A stretch of 64,000 nt of DNA. Origin: Marsupella aquatica. Its lineage: Eukaryota; Plantae; Marchantiophyta. A program made the position numbers and the translations under genes. Below the pieces are notes generated by a model. The model was given only the letters and a program-made list of their open reading frames with translations, was not told the DNA's origin and made no database searches. The DNA lies in the NCBI GenBank assembly GCA_973895155.1, contig OZ316895.1, positions 10,590,184 through 10,654,183 of the forward strand, read 5' to 3'. Shown one piece after another: positions 25,001-38,399 of the stretch (positions are counted from its first letter, which is position 1; every line of letters starts with the position of its first letter).

Positions 25001-28000
25001 GAAGCAAGCATCTACAATGAGCAAGGTCAGCTCCTTTCCGCAGAAAAAATCCATCCAGTCACGCAATATTCATCTCCAAACGAGCATGCAGAAATACAAG
25101 CCAGCAAATGGCAGCATCCCAGAAGTGACCCTGACACCGTTCCCAAATAGCTTACGTGTCTCCAAAATCATCGTCAACTGCAGTTTCTACCTGGATAAGG
25201 AGGGGCACAAGGTCCATGTCTGACATATGCAGATCAACACGTTGATCCATCCTCAGGCGACCTCCATCAAATCCTAGCAACCTGCATGAAATATTATTAA
25301 AATACAGTGCAGGAAACCCAAAAGTGAAAACAAGCAAATAGAGAAGGTAATTTCCTCAAACAGTATGAAGAAAAAACTAGAAGGAGAAGATGGCATCGAT
25401 CTCAGACATACCTGTCAGCAGCAGTAAATGCTGAGATGTCTTCATCCTTACCGCTAGCAAGCATTCTAGAGTGTACTTCTGTATACTTCAGCGTTCGTGT
25501 CCGGAGACTCATGTATTGCAACTGATTCAATGCCATGCGCATGTCCCCACTTGTGCACTCTGCTATATCCTCCAGCGTTACCTGGATAGCCCACAAGTCT
25601 AGTCTTTAAGACATTTCCCAAAAGTTAACGGGTGGCATCAAGCGCAAGAGAAACACCGAAGCAGAGATGGTCTGGCGAAAACCGAGATGCACCTTGTGAG
25701 AGAACATAGCCACATAGTAGAATAGTGCAGGAACCAAGACATTGCTGAGCTTTGAGTACGATCTACAAGAATTACTTCGGACACTCCCAACAAATGGAGA
25801 TCTTTACGGCGATGCTTAATTCTACTGGAGTCTACTTTCTATAGACAGGCGCTAAGAAATGCTTCATTAACTGATACTCTATTAAGGATATTCTGATTAG
25901 CAAGCAGAATCGCGAAAATGACTAACGACTATAAGCATTAGAGAACCATCCCTCCCATTAAATCAGCCAAGTAAGCATTTCAAATTTATATGCGTACCTC
26001 ATCTACTTGAATGCCCTCTGATTTTGCTATCTGTTGCAGTCTCTTCGCCATCTGTATGTGTTACAATATCCCGTCAGATCAGAAAGCCTTACCGTAGCCA
26101 TGCTGGTAAAACAACTTTTCAATGCTTTAATTGTTCAAATCTTCAAACTCCATCCCTGAAGGTCTATGATCTCCGGAACCCAAATTACAGCCATTGTATC
26201 TCAAAGAGAAAACTATAACGTGTCGTTAAAACTTTTGAAACAATTAAGCAGAAACCTACAGTCAAACTGCGGCTCATGAAGGAAATAATCTCTAGTATCA
26301 TGACTAGACATCAAACTGAACGCTATCTGTTATTTCACTTCACTCGTATGAGAAAAATATGGCACACCTGCTGTTTTGTTGGTTTCCTGTATTGTAGTGG
26401 CAAACAGTAGTTTATAAGGCTTTTCAGTTTCTGACTATATTTATCATTGCAGATGCAGATGATAGGTATTCGGCTTGACTTGATGCTTGCTATAAGATCT
26501 GCCACACCACCTCGATCTCCTCCGGACATTCCGTCTACTTCGTCCATTATTAGTACCGACTTTTGGGATTTCCTGCTCAGAGTACCAGGACAGATTAGAG
26601 CATTGCAACTGTGGAAAAATTGCTCTCAATGTCTAGTTTATCGACTCAAAACAGTAACCGAAGCGAGATTCAGCATCTTACCTTTCAGTGAAACGAATGG
26701 ACTCGTTATTAACCATCTCCTTGATTGTATTTGCCGTGCTTCCACCCATACCGGCACGTATTTTTGAATCCGCCTTACCACGGGAATCACTTGCATTCAC
26801 CTGTGGATGAGGGTTCTGACAAGATTAAATATTGCCATTCCTAATCGGTAACACAGCAGCTCTCCCAACACAGCACCCCCACCCCCACCCCCACCTCCTT
26901 TTCTCTTCTCTTCTCTCTCCAGCGCAAACAGCAGATCCCGGTAAAAGATACAACCACAACATTTGCCCATTAATCGAAACTTGCTGCTTTCAAAAAGTGC
27001 ACATATAGAAACTTAGGCACCCCAGTCATGCTGCACTAAGTGGTTTGAGCTGCGTGGAGTTTCATCACCCTACCAGAAGCTAAAGTGCCATTCACAGCTA
27101 CCTTTAAGGAAACTTTGATTGTTACACAACCAAGCTCAGACAGCGAACAAACCTCTAGAGTATTAAAACCCAATTCTTCGCAAACAAGCCGAGCAGTCGT
27201 GGTCTTCCCTATCCCTGGTGTTCCACTGAGCAACACGGCCTTCTTTTCATTACTCGAACTACTGCCAGCACCTCGCTTCTTTCCTTTCATGCCCTTACCC
27301 ACAGGATGTAGGAAAGATGCCTCCCAATTTCGCAACCACTCCTTCAACTGCTTCACCTGTCAAACAGCATAACTCCTTTTCACCAAGGCTCTGCCTCTAC
27401 CCGCTTCAAATATGACAATCATTAGAACTTTTGCATGATCTCAGATCCAAACCAAAAAGGGACAGTCAGGGCTTTAATAGAAGCTGCAGGGAAAGCTCGT
27501 CCGCACCGCCAGAGAACTCTAATAATGCAAGGTGACCAAGCATAATGCGTTTTAAGAAGATTCGTAGATTTTAAGCATTTCAAACATGCGGCAAGTCACA
27601 ACAGCTCAATTACTCATCATGTCTTCTGTTGCTGGTGCTCACATTTCGTGTGCCTAAACCTTTACATGACAGAGTCTCTAACTTGTGGAGAAAACATTCC
27701 TCGAGTGTAGGTTCAATCGGTGAAGCTACTCCCCAAAAGTACATTCCACCAATCGCTTTGGAACAGCAGTGGCATAAAACGTTTCTTCACTCTTTCGGCA
27801 TTACTTAAGGTTTACATATGTGTTGAAAGACCTTGCTTATTACAGTGTCTCCTTAGATGAATGCTAACTTCACTTGTAGAAAATAACCTCACTTATGAAG
27901 GACCAGAATTTTCCGCTTCGTTTCCTGCATTCAGTTTTTTCCTTTCTCTTTCTGGGAAATAAGTTTACAAGAAATTGTATCAGGCGTGATTAGTTTCGTA

Positions 28001-31000
28001 GTTGAGCGGACACAGACCATTAGAATGGTATTTAGGAAAACAGCAAAGAATTACCCAACCTTCCATCGAAGTAAAAACGTACAGACCCAAGTACGAGGTC
28101 TCCTCCATCTCCAAGGCTCCAAATCATGGACCACCTCGAGAACACATACATCAACAGAGATTATGGGTGAGCCAACGCGAGCCAAAGAAGAGTACATACA
28201 ATGCCTGGATTTCCGATGAGATCAGCTGTAGTTTTCGGTCGATGCTTGTTCGGCCATGATTCAGAGTTTTGAGCAGAAGTGCCAGTTTTCAACGGTGGCA
28301 GTTTCCCACCGGGTACTCCATTCTTAATTGTTTTCTGTGCAGCTGAATTTCCAGGTCCAGATTGCAAACCCATCACAGGGACACTTGACCCTGAAGTTTT
28401 GACTGGTAGTGCTGCAGGGGGGGCAGATAATACAATCAGTTTAACAAGTGGAACGAGGTAGAATCGCAATCACTGCAAAAAGTTTCCAATGAAAGCCACT
28501 GCATACGAGGATTTACTCAACCGTAAATACACATTGGTACCAATTGGGGAACCATGTCATATTTCCTAATCCAAGGCCATACAATGTCGTACAAGATTAG
28601 TAGAACAATTGTGTCACAAGACTGATATTATTCCTTACAGGATTGCGATCATAGACTGACTGGTACCTGTAGGCTCGCATAATGCCATGGGAGACGATTT
28701 GGCTGGACCTTTCTGAGGCTGCTTTGGCTTGGATGCAATAATCATTGCAAAAAGCCCATCTTCTGTCAGGAACTTCACACTGCAGAGAATAAGAGGGAAC
28801 CAGATGAATGAGTGGACGATGGAAGGAAATATGTTTCTTCTTGACAACTTGTTTTTGAGGAAATCGATGAAGTCATCGACGAGTACTAAATAGTCAACAT
28901 AGGGGCAGGCACCGCGACACATTTAGCCCACTCGTAGTTTCCACTCGTCCCTGCTCGTGCCTAAAAGTAACTACGAACAAAGTGATCCGAGATCAGTATA
29001 TCTCTGAATCGACTTCACCTACCCAAGTTCTTTAGCTTTCTTAGATTTGGCACCTCCAACATCTTCATCAGCAAGCAGGTAATCCTGTCATAAGATATTT
29101 ATTAGACTTCCAGCAAATACAAATTTCACATCAAAGGTAATAGAACGAGGTTATTCGGACTTAAGAGGGAAGGCGTCTTGGAATTTAAAGCTGGAAATGC
29201 CACACGGATTTGTCATTGGAACATTAACAAAACCAGGTGATATTTGTGCTTACTGTTTTCTTGCTCACTGACCCAGTGACTCGACCACCATGAGATTTTA
29301 TCAGAATTTCTGCGTCCTCGCGCTCCAGACTGCATGTCACAGTCCAACAAAGATGAAAAATGACCACACAAGTCATGCCACAATTCATGAGTTCCTTGGG
29401 AAAATAGTGCAGCACGCTGAGTAGCGTACCTGTCAAGTGTTCCACTGATGACAAACGTAAGACCGGCCAAGGCACTTTCAGCACCTTGAGGGATTTCCTG
29501 TACGAAAGGAACACAGGACATGAGTGAGAATTCTATCTGCCAATTGGTCCTCTCAATTAAGCGCCAACGGAGTATCAAGAATAGTTATTCATAACCCCGA
29601 CAAGTCTCGATGGTAAATGAGGTGGCAACGTGCTAGCTAGGAGAATTCTGGCATACAGTTGCTCGACCTAGATCTCATCTCCAGTCCAAGCAGTTGATCT
29701 TCCGTGTTAAAATCTTGATTCATGTTACATTGCACCAATTTGATTCTATTGATAAAAGGTTCTGGGATAGAATTCAGGTCTCACCTTCTCACCCTTGTGC
29801 GGCGGGACTCCTCGCGGCTGCATCCATGGTGGGAGCCCGCCGCCACCGCCCCCTCCTCCTCTGCCCCTGCCCCTCCCAGACGACGGCTGTTCATCACCTG
29901 CTGCGCCCACTGTTGCTCCTCGTCCCCTTCCCCCAGCTGCCAATGGGGTCTTCGAATTGTGCTCAGGGGATTTGATGGCTGCATTGCTTGGAGACTTCCC
30001 TCTTCCCCTGCCAACCGATTGAGGGGTTTTAGAGGTGTCTTCTTCATCCTCCTCCTCGTCCGTCAGTGCAGTCTTTCCCCTCCCCCTCCCTCTTGCTGGA
30101 GTCTTAGCAGCAGGCTTTTCTTCCTCGATTTCTTCTTCGCTGTCTTCCTCAACAACCCTTCCACGTGCTCGAGATTTAGATGGAGTCTTTCGTTCCTTCT
30201 TTCCGGGGTGGATCTCACTGATAATCTGGGCTGTGGAGTTCTCCCGCTTCGAGTGACCAATTACCTCCTCATTCGCTGGTATTACCAAACGAGGCTTTTT
30301 CGAAGATGGGTCTTCTTTTTTGGCGACCAAATTCTCGACGTCCTGATCATTCTTCCGTTTCCCACCACCCTGATTTTTCCTATCCAGCTTCAGTTTGGTC
30401 TTGTCACTATCGGTGGGTGTTCGGCCAGTGCCGTTGCCACCAGCGAAGAACTTACTCTCTTTCTTGTATGCCGCTTTCGAAGAAAGCTTATCAGCTGTCC
30501 CATCCGCCTTATCTGACTGTGTTTCATTTGATGATTTCGAGCGAAAATTTCCGCATCAGGCAAACCACGAAAGAACCAACATTATCAGAGTAATAGAAGT
30601 CCATTCCATCCATTCAGTGCAGGGAGAGGAGAATAACCGACCTCTTCTGAAATTCTAAGTGGTGATTTCCATAGAGGACGATTGATACACATACGAAGTA
30701 CAGCACATCGCAGTACCTTCAAACTTAAAACAACAATTGAGGGTTTATAAATATGTGCAGACATTCTCTGGACAGTCGAATCTCCCGCACAGACTTCAGG
30801 ATTTCAGACAAAACCAAAGCAGCGAAACAAATCAAAAACCCACAGTAACAAACAACCGAAACGGTGAGCAAGACGGAGCAAAATAGTAATGATCCACAGG
30901 AAGCTATACAATTCCGACGCATCTTTGGAATTCGACCATTCGCCAAAACAGAAAATAAAAACTCCCGAGGATAGAGGTACGCAAACTAACCGTTGGAGCT

Positions 31001-31086
31001 GATTCAACTTTCCCGGGATCTTTCTTCGGTTTATCATGGTCCGGTTTCGTCAAAAACCACTTCCTGATATCAGACTGGGCCGACAT
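22012..31086 (-). CDS. RFC1: Replication factor C subunit 1 (large clamp-loader subunit)
   Basis: About 22 GT-AG exons. The N-terminus MSAQSDIRKWF starts in exon 1 (31086-30991). It has a BRCT domain (GLTFVISGTLDSLERE..GGRVTGSVSKKTDYL), Walker A GTPGIGKTT, NASDSRG, Walker B MDEVDGMSGGDRGG, GDMRMALNQLQ, LVPLLIQENY and NFNRFSSWMGKNS. An acidic and basic tail ends GKRKR* at 22012. Confidence 0.95.
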
Positions 31087-31212
31087 CCTGGCAGCTCCGA
31101 ACTCTTCTTCTTCACGTGGGTCTACTTGACGCTATGCACTATCGAGATGCCCTGTCTGCCTGGCGAAGAGGACCCAATCTCGATGCTCCAGTCGCACCCT
31201 TGTTTGTGTGAG

Positions 31213-31220
31213 TTTGGCGC
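31213..31220 (+). promoter_or_regulatory. E2F-binding site (TTTGGCGC) about 130 bp upstream of the RFC1 ATG
   Basis: Exact match to the TTTSSCGS consensus, within agTTTGGCGCgaag, upstream of a DNA replication gene. Confidence 0.65.
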
Positions 31221-32023
31221 GAAGCCGCTTTTTCTCGAGCTGGCCCTCTCGTCTTTGTCACGCAGCCCGGGCTTTACTCTACACTTCTTACTCTACGTGT
31301 TTGCCCTCTTTTAACCTCACCATTCAACCACTCGTCGACAACGTAAACAAAGACGACCGAAAGTATCATGGCCAGCGAATGATGCCGTGGCTCCTCCTAG
31401 CTTGAAGTACCCAACAAAAATACAGAACCCAATTTCTTATAAAGAGATGAGTCAAACAGAGTCTCCAACTTGATCCACTACCCACAAAATATGTGTAGAA
31501 AGTATTTCTATAGGGGATGAATCAAACAGAGTGATTGCCTTATCCTGTCGAGAAAGTATTGTGCCTAAGTATATTTTGGCAAGAAGGGATTGGAAAGATT
31601 AAACATTCAGTTCTAAGGTTTTCAGCATTTCAAGTGTGATGAAAAAGCTATGACATCATCCGTATTGCCTCATTTGGGACAACGCGGTAGTAGAATTAGT
31701 TCTCAAATTTGCCAGAAATTTATTTTCAGGTGTGTTGGCCAAGTTGAGGTACTCCATATTTTCATGCTCTGGAGAAACTTCGTGCTCTGAAGACTATAGA
31801 AATTTGATACCGGAGGATGAAACAAGAGTCCCAATATGCATTTGAGCAACTTCTTAGTTCACAGGCACCTGGGTCAAGAGGTTATGTTGAGGGTTGCAAG
31901 TCATCTACATGACGACTCAATCTGGAGGACAACAAGTCGACGAAGTGTGACATTTACTTCAACTATTGCCAGAAACCATTAGAATGCCCGTGAAAGATGG
32001 CATGTCTGTGTCGCCAAAACATT

Positions 32024-32207
32024 GAGAGATTTACTTGGTGGGACCCCAAATGAAAATGTTTTACTTAATTGGACCCTTGAAAGTTTAGGTCCGTCTATTC
32101 AAGGTAAATCAATGGTGTGATATTCAAGGTAAATCAATGGTGTGAATCACTCACGGGTCCTATCAAGTAAAACATTTTCATTTGGGGTCCCACCAAGCAA
32201 ATCCCTC
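32024..32207. mobile_element. Mutator-like MITE (184 bp)
   Basis: TIRs of about 50 bp (gagagatttacttggtgggaccccaaatgaaaatgttttactt... and ...aagtaaaacattttcatttggggtcccaccaagcaaatccctc). A perfect 10-bp TSD CCAAAACATT lies at 32014-32023 and 32208-32217. There is an internal 25-bp tandem duplication. Confidence 0.9.
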
Positions 32208-33298
32208 CCAAAACATTACACTGCGTGACTTGACTTAGGGTAAACCAAGTGTTGATGATATCTACGTCCAGAGTTGCCAGTGAAAGATGGCATACGCTGT
32301 GGCTTCGTTGCTACGAAAATTTGGGTGTACACACGGAAGGCCATCTGAGTTAGACATTGGACTTTAGTTGTTAGTTCGTTTGAGGCCCTGAGGAACCTGA
32401 TTCGCACATCCTCCGACAGCCACGTTCCCAGTTTGGAAAGGGTTAAACCGTCTCATGATGCATGTCCCGTTGCTCAGTTCACAGCTATCCAAAGCTCTCA
32501 GAAACGTAGCAAATCTGGCGGTGTCCATTCAGGGTGTGGAACTATGATCATGGTAAAACGAAAGCGACGAAAACTACGAATTCAAAATATAAAACCAACT
32601 CACAATGGCGGCATCAACTGACAGCTGCAAGACCTGAGCCAGGATATATCTTAATATCAGCACTACACGGTCTAAGACAATTGCTCGGAAGAGAAGAGCC
32701 AGGGAGCCTACTGTACCGATGGAAAACAAACAAATATACCACGAAAAAAGTTTTGCGCTAGTGACGGAATCTTCCTTCAAGAATGGAAAGGTTTCAATAC
32801 TTCATGCAAGGCCAGCGGTCACTCGAGCGTGACAAAACAAGTCGATGTTGACCAGGACGGAACATGACAGAAGCTCAGAATACAAGCCGAAACCAATCTT
32901 GTTCATCCATGAAGTAACACCTCATCAAATTATGAAAATAGCTCGGGCCTGGAAGACCTCTCGCAGAGATCGAGGATCTGGACATACAAAGCCCAACGTC
33001 TAGGATTTATTTCAGACAATCGCGGGCACCTATAGAAACATGAACATTCTTTCTATCCCTTACGGACGAGACAGTAAACCCCTAGCAACTGACCTCTAAG
33101 AGGCACTCACAAAATTAGGCACAGTTCAAGACAAGTGCTGGTGAGTAATCTTGCTATATACCGAACAGACCTGACCAATGTGTGCATGTTGAATAACCGA
33201 ATTTCACTGGGGCTGCAGCGCAATGCTGGCATGATAATGATTCGGGCAAAATTAAATTTGAAATTATCAGAACCTGATTGTACCATTTAATAGTGCTC

Positions 33299-36200
33299 TC
33301 ACTTGAAACACTTGGCTTCCAACAGCTTCTCTCCGTCAATCAGGTCAGGCTCCTCAAAGTAGGCATTGATGCGGGCCTTTTGGTCCTCCTTGCTCGGATC
33401 AGCCTTCGTCCATGTGTAAAGCTCTACATCGTAACACTCATCCAACACCTGTTTGGGGATCTCTGTGCCTCTAAACAACCAGACACCCTTGATTTTGTAG
33501 GGTGGCTGCTCGCCCAAGATCAACACCTTTCCAAAAGCGTACTTGCGGATAAAATCTAGCCGCTGTAAGAATCCACCGACCTTGTTCATGGTCACATAAG
33601 TTTTGTCATTCTCCTCATTGTATTTGTAGTCACAGAACCAAAGCGACCACCCTTCTGGGTCGTACATCTCCCAAAATCCTGCACGACTCACACCACAAGT
33701 AACCTCAGCAAAGAACGGTAGACGGCATATACAGCACACGGGATTACAGAGCAAAACTCAGTGAGAGACACCGTCCTTCAAAGACATGTCCGAGACCATA
33801 CCTTTGATCGCTACTTCAGCAAAATCTTTGACCTTAGTGTTGGAATAGAGCCTCTTCCAGTTATCGATGACGAAGGGAGTGGGAGGTAAGAGGTCGAGAG
33901 GATTCTTCGCCTTTGGCTTTGGCGCTTCCTCTTCGTCATCTGCTACGACCTCTTTGGGCTTTGGAGCCTCCTTCGGTTTGGGGGCTTCCTTTGGCTTTGC
34001 AGTCTCTTTGTGCTTTGGAGTCTCCTTGGCTTTGTGGGCTTCCTTCGGCTTTGTAACCTCTTTCGCCTTCACGGGCGAATGAGCAGGCTTTCCTGGGGTA
34101 GGCTTAAGTGGGAACTTAACTTCTCCCTGCACTACCTCCCCGACGATCTTCTTCACTTGCGGTTGATTGATCATGGTCCAAAAGTACCTTTCGAAGTGTG
34201 GGAACTGTGAAGAGACCTCCTTACTGAAAATGGCTTTGAATGACATGATCAAGTTGCAAGCCATGACAATATCTGCCAATGTAATACTATCGCCCACAAG
34301 GTAGGTGTGAGTAGCAAGGTATCCGTCCAAAGCTTCAATGGTCCGCTTCAGAATGGCCATGATGGCGTCCTCAACCTGGTTCAAACACCCACGAAATATT
34401 ACTCACGGTACACGAGGCGAAGTCAAAAATTTGAAAACCTCTTGCCGCGTGATCCAACAAGATCAATTGCGGCTGGGAGGTTCACGCTCGTAAGATCACC
34501 CAGTGACTCGCAAATCAGGCTTTCAGACAACATGCCATTGGAAGAGACGTACCTCCTTCGACTGAGGAAAGTTCCCGAATTTGGGGTACAGATATCTTCC
34601 AGAATTGGCATCAATCTCGAGAGAAGCGAAGTCAATCCACTGGTCCACCAGAGCCTGCCCCAAACCACACAACACTCAACAGTTAGACAACATCAACGAA
34701 GGACGTAGAAGATTTCACAACAACAAAACAAGGGGAACTTCTCTAGGAACGGCTCTCAGTCAAGAAGTCTTACAGCTTCATACGGTGTGGTGCCAAATAA
34801 TGTATTGGGCTTCAGCTTGGCGACTGCAAAATGGTACAATAAAAGTGTTAAATTTATTGACGTCGTCAGATCCATCATAAACACTGAACGGAGCAGGCAA
34901 TCTACTATAGGAGGAATCAATGATTCGAAACTATATCGTTCAGTCACTTATGATATGATGATGAACTTTCAATGTGGGGAAGACACGGTACCATATCGCG
35001 CAATAGCATTGCTCTCAAAAATGGGGCCTTCTGGTGTCTCGAGCACTGGAACCTGAAACAACCTCAGCTTAGTGAAAACGAACGAATGGAAGGCAACAAT
35101 TTTCAGGTACTACCGAAGGGCAGTAAGCCAACATCACCGTCATTTTCAAATAGAGCTGTCGAGTACCTTTCCAAAGGGATTGAGTTTCAGGAACTCGGGA
35201 GTCTTGTTGCTGACACCCATCTCGAAATCCGGAGTCGTGTTAATCTTCACACCGATGTACTCGGCGACAATCAAACTCTTATAAGCATTCTTATTGACCT
35301 TCCCGCCATGCAAAGTCTGCCACACGGAAATAACGGAGATGAGAACAATTCGTGCACACAATTCGTGTCAGTGAAAATAGCACACAGAACAGAGCAGCTA
35401 GCAAATGCACATGTACGAAACAAATTTCTTCATGTACTCAAACATGGGTTTAAATCGGAGAAGAAAACCAGTAACAAAAGTAAATGGAACCAAAGAACTT
35501 GGCTGGCTCTATTTACAACCGTCACAGACACAATACCATTATGGCACAAGCACATGATCATATCCAGTAAAGGTCCTTCACGCCATGATAGATGACATCC
35601 CTAATGGAGCTCACCGTTGGTGAATGCGGAGACAGGAGGCATTCCCGAGCTTGTGCGAGCTCTAGATCCCTCCTTCCATCTGTCTGTCCGCAGTGACGAA
35701 TACCGGGTGTCCCAGGAAAGCAGAGGGTGCCAGCTTATTGTGCCGGGAGTACAACATATGTGATAAGGCATCCTGTTTGGATGTGAGGCTCACGAGGGGC
35801 TACAGGCTTAGGTCTGACTACATAGCGTATGTCGTCGCTTGTCCAACAAGAGACAGCAACGTAGACAAACTTCTCCGACGGACAATCAATGCCGACGAAA
35901 TATATAAGGAAAGAGAGAGGACCTCTCATCTTCTACACAGGTGCAATGACATACTCCGGGAGCACAGCCTAGGAACCCCGACCAACAGGAAATCTATCGA
36001 CCTAACGCCACAATACGACTAAATCAGCACACACCACATAAGTTGCACTCACTTCTTGGGACGGAAACTACGAAAAAACAAACTAACATGCTATGCAGCC
36101 ATTGTCTTTCAGATCGTCAACTCTCAAGTGAAGCATTCTACGTGGACACCTGCACCACAATCTCGAGAAAAATACACAAGACCTGAGTTCTACCTCTGCA

Positions 36201-36604
36201 GTCTGAAGTTTCCAGGGGTGTCATACTTTCTATCTCAAGGACACAGTTCAGCCTTACCAAAAACATTCGGAAAACCAATATCTAAGTAACCACGGTCCAA
36301 CACAGATTCCAGACAGGTAGCAAGAAAGATATCCTCATGATGGAAAAACCCTAGACTCCAACACATGACAACGCCATACGTTCTAAATCAAGCATCATCG
36401 TCACGCAGACAACAGAAAACCTTCTCTTGACTGACCCCTTCGACTCCAGTAGATACAAACACCAGAAACCCAGCTGAAATGGAAAGAACGGGGAAACGGC
36501 ACCCGACGGTCCTCGAATCTCTCAGAGTGCTAGCTATGGCCTCCGATCGACATCCACGCCTAGGTTGCAGAAGCACGTACCAACGTTTCTGAAATCGACG
36601 CCAT
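33299..36604 (-). CDS. EEF1G: Translation elongation factor 1B-gamma (GST-like N/C domains plus EF1G domain)
   Basis: Seven exons: 36604-36581 (MASISETL), 35316-35167 (TLHGGKVNKNAYK..FLKLNPFGK), 35052-~34992 (VPVLETPEGPIFESNAIARY), ~34823-34774, ~34654-34553 (ALVDQWIDFA), ~34375-33801 (..KAKNPLDLLPP..DNWKRLYSN) and ~33678-33299 (FWEMYDPEGWSLW..LEAKCFK*). Confidence 0.95.
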
Positions 36605-38399
36605 CTCCACCAAAAACAACAGCTCCGGCGAAATGATCACAGAGTCGCAACCCTGCCCTGCGCTGCTCCGTTGTTCTTGGCCGAATGCAAAGCCTCGTCC
36701 CTCCGACGATTGTTTCGCGACCTCTGCAGTGTACACACACTACTAAACCTCAGCCCAGAAAGCACAATCCGCCGTGCACCTAATATCTTCTTCGTTCCCT
36801 ATCGAGGTCGTTGCTTGCGTTTAGGGCAAAGCGGTCAGACGGGAGCCTCTCCTCTCCCGCGGGATTGTGGACGGGTACACCGGCTACGGGGATTAAAAAA
36901 TCGATTCCCGTGAGCCGGTCCCGTGCTCCCGCCCCGTCCAGTCCCGTCCCGTCTTGCTTGAGAGAGGAAAATCCGCGAATTTCACACGTGTCAAACGTTA
37001 GGGCTCCTAGGACTGACGGGTCACTCGAGTTGGCCCCGTCCAGCCCGACCCGTCAACCGACCCGTACGTCAGGGGACGGGCAATGGTCAGTGGTACACAC
37101 ATGACGGGAGGGCATCTGCACTGTAGATCAGGGTACTCTTTTAGGTGTAGCCATATGGTTTGTGAAGGGGAGATGCTGCGAATATTCTATATGACATTCC
37201 CTAGAGTACAAAATTGAGGGTGGGAGATTTACGGACGCACTGAGATTGTGGCTTGTTTATGGACCCTACTGAAACCCATAAGCTTTTGCAGATTTTATCC
37301 CGAAGTGACTAAGGCTTCCAGACAAAGTGAAGTCTTGTCAAATTCTGCCACTATAAGAAACTCTGATTGAAGATGTAGATGATTGGATGGATAGATGAAC
37401 CAGGGTCCAGACACTGGTAGTGGGACTGCCCATGGAACACCAAGACATTCTGAAAACCCTATATGGCACTCATATTAGCAACTCCAACGTCATGTGTGAG
37501 CATGAGTTCTCAGGTTAACTTTGATGTACTAAAGTATCATTGTTCACCCCTCATCATTTTGCTTCATGAATTATGTCCTTTTCACCCCACAAATGTCATT
37601 CCATTCTAATGCAATTTTTGAGATAACACTTGCTGGTGACTCCATGATTCCTTGGTATGTGTTGTTTTTTTTTTCTTGATAAGTCTGGCAGTTTTTTTTC
37701 AAGCTAAACGGGAGGAGGCCGGAACCGAGAACAACTCCCCCAAGATATAACAACCACCGCCCAAAGTGAAATTATAGTAATGAAATACAGAGTACATGAG
37801 ATGATTCTTATGTGACATCAACTCAAATGTGTTTTTTTTTCTATTAAAGAACACAAGTTAGCAAAAGAATCTTTTGGGGCATCACAAAGTTTTTTTTATT
37901 TCTGCAGAGAGTATGAGTATGAGACTTTAGGAGGAAGCAAAATGGGTTAATTTTGCTTTTAACTCCCTCTTTTTCTCTTCTCTTTGTTCAATTTTGCATT
38001 TTTTACGGACCCCACTAGAGGTCCCTTCCAAAATTCCTAACTCCACAGGGTGCCACATCATCATGGCGCGCTGCAAATAGGAACGGATTGGTTTCCACAA
38101 TGAAATTATGCCAACATTCGTGTTTGCGTCAAGATTTTGGTAAAATTGAGGACGCCATGCCGTAAAGCTTGATGTAAAAAGTTATCAAAAATAACTGTTT
38201 TATTTACCCTGAGGCTTTCAACTCAGTTTTATTTACCCCGCTTAACCAACTGCCCACCCTTTTTTTTGAATTGTAATTCAATTGTAATTAAAGTAATGAA
38301 GCAACACTTTAATTACAATGCCAGTTAAGAATCCTGAGCATGGCAGTTAAGAATCCTGTTTCTGCAGCGCCAGAAGGTCATTTCTGTCTAGCACTCCTT

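Noticed and set aside
29722-30516. 264-aa plus-strand ORF, the longest in the track
   Set aside because: It is the antisense shadow of the low-complexity RFC1 exon 2 and has no recognisable protein features.
34972-35595. 207-aa plus-strand ORF
   Set aside because: It is antisense to EF1B-gamma exons 2-3 and their introns, with no domain-like content.
35317-36580. Intronic snoRNA in EF1B-gamma intron 1
   Set aside because: No convincing sense-strand C box (RTGATGA) and D box pair with a terminal stem was found by eye. A covariance-model search would be needed.
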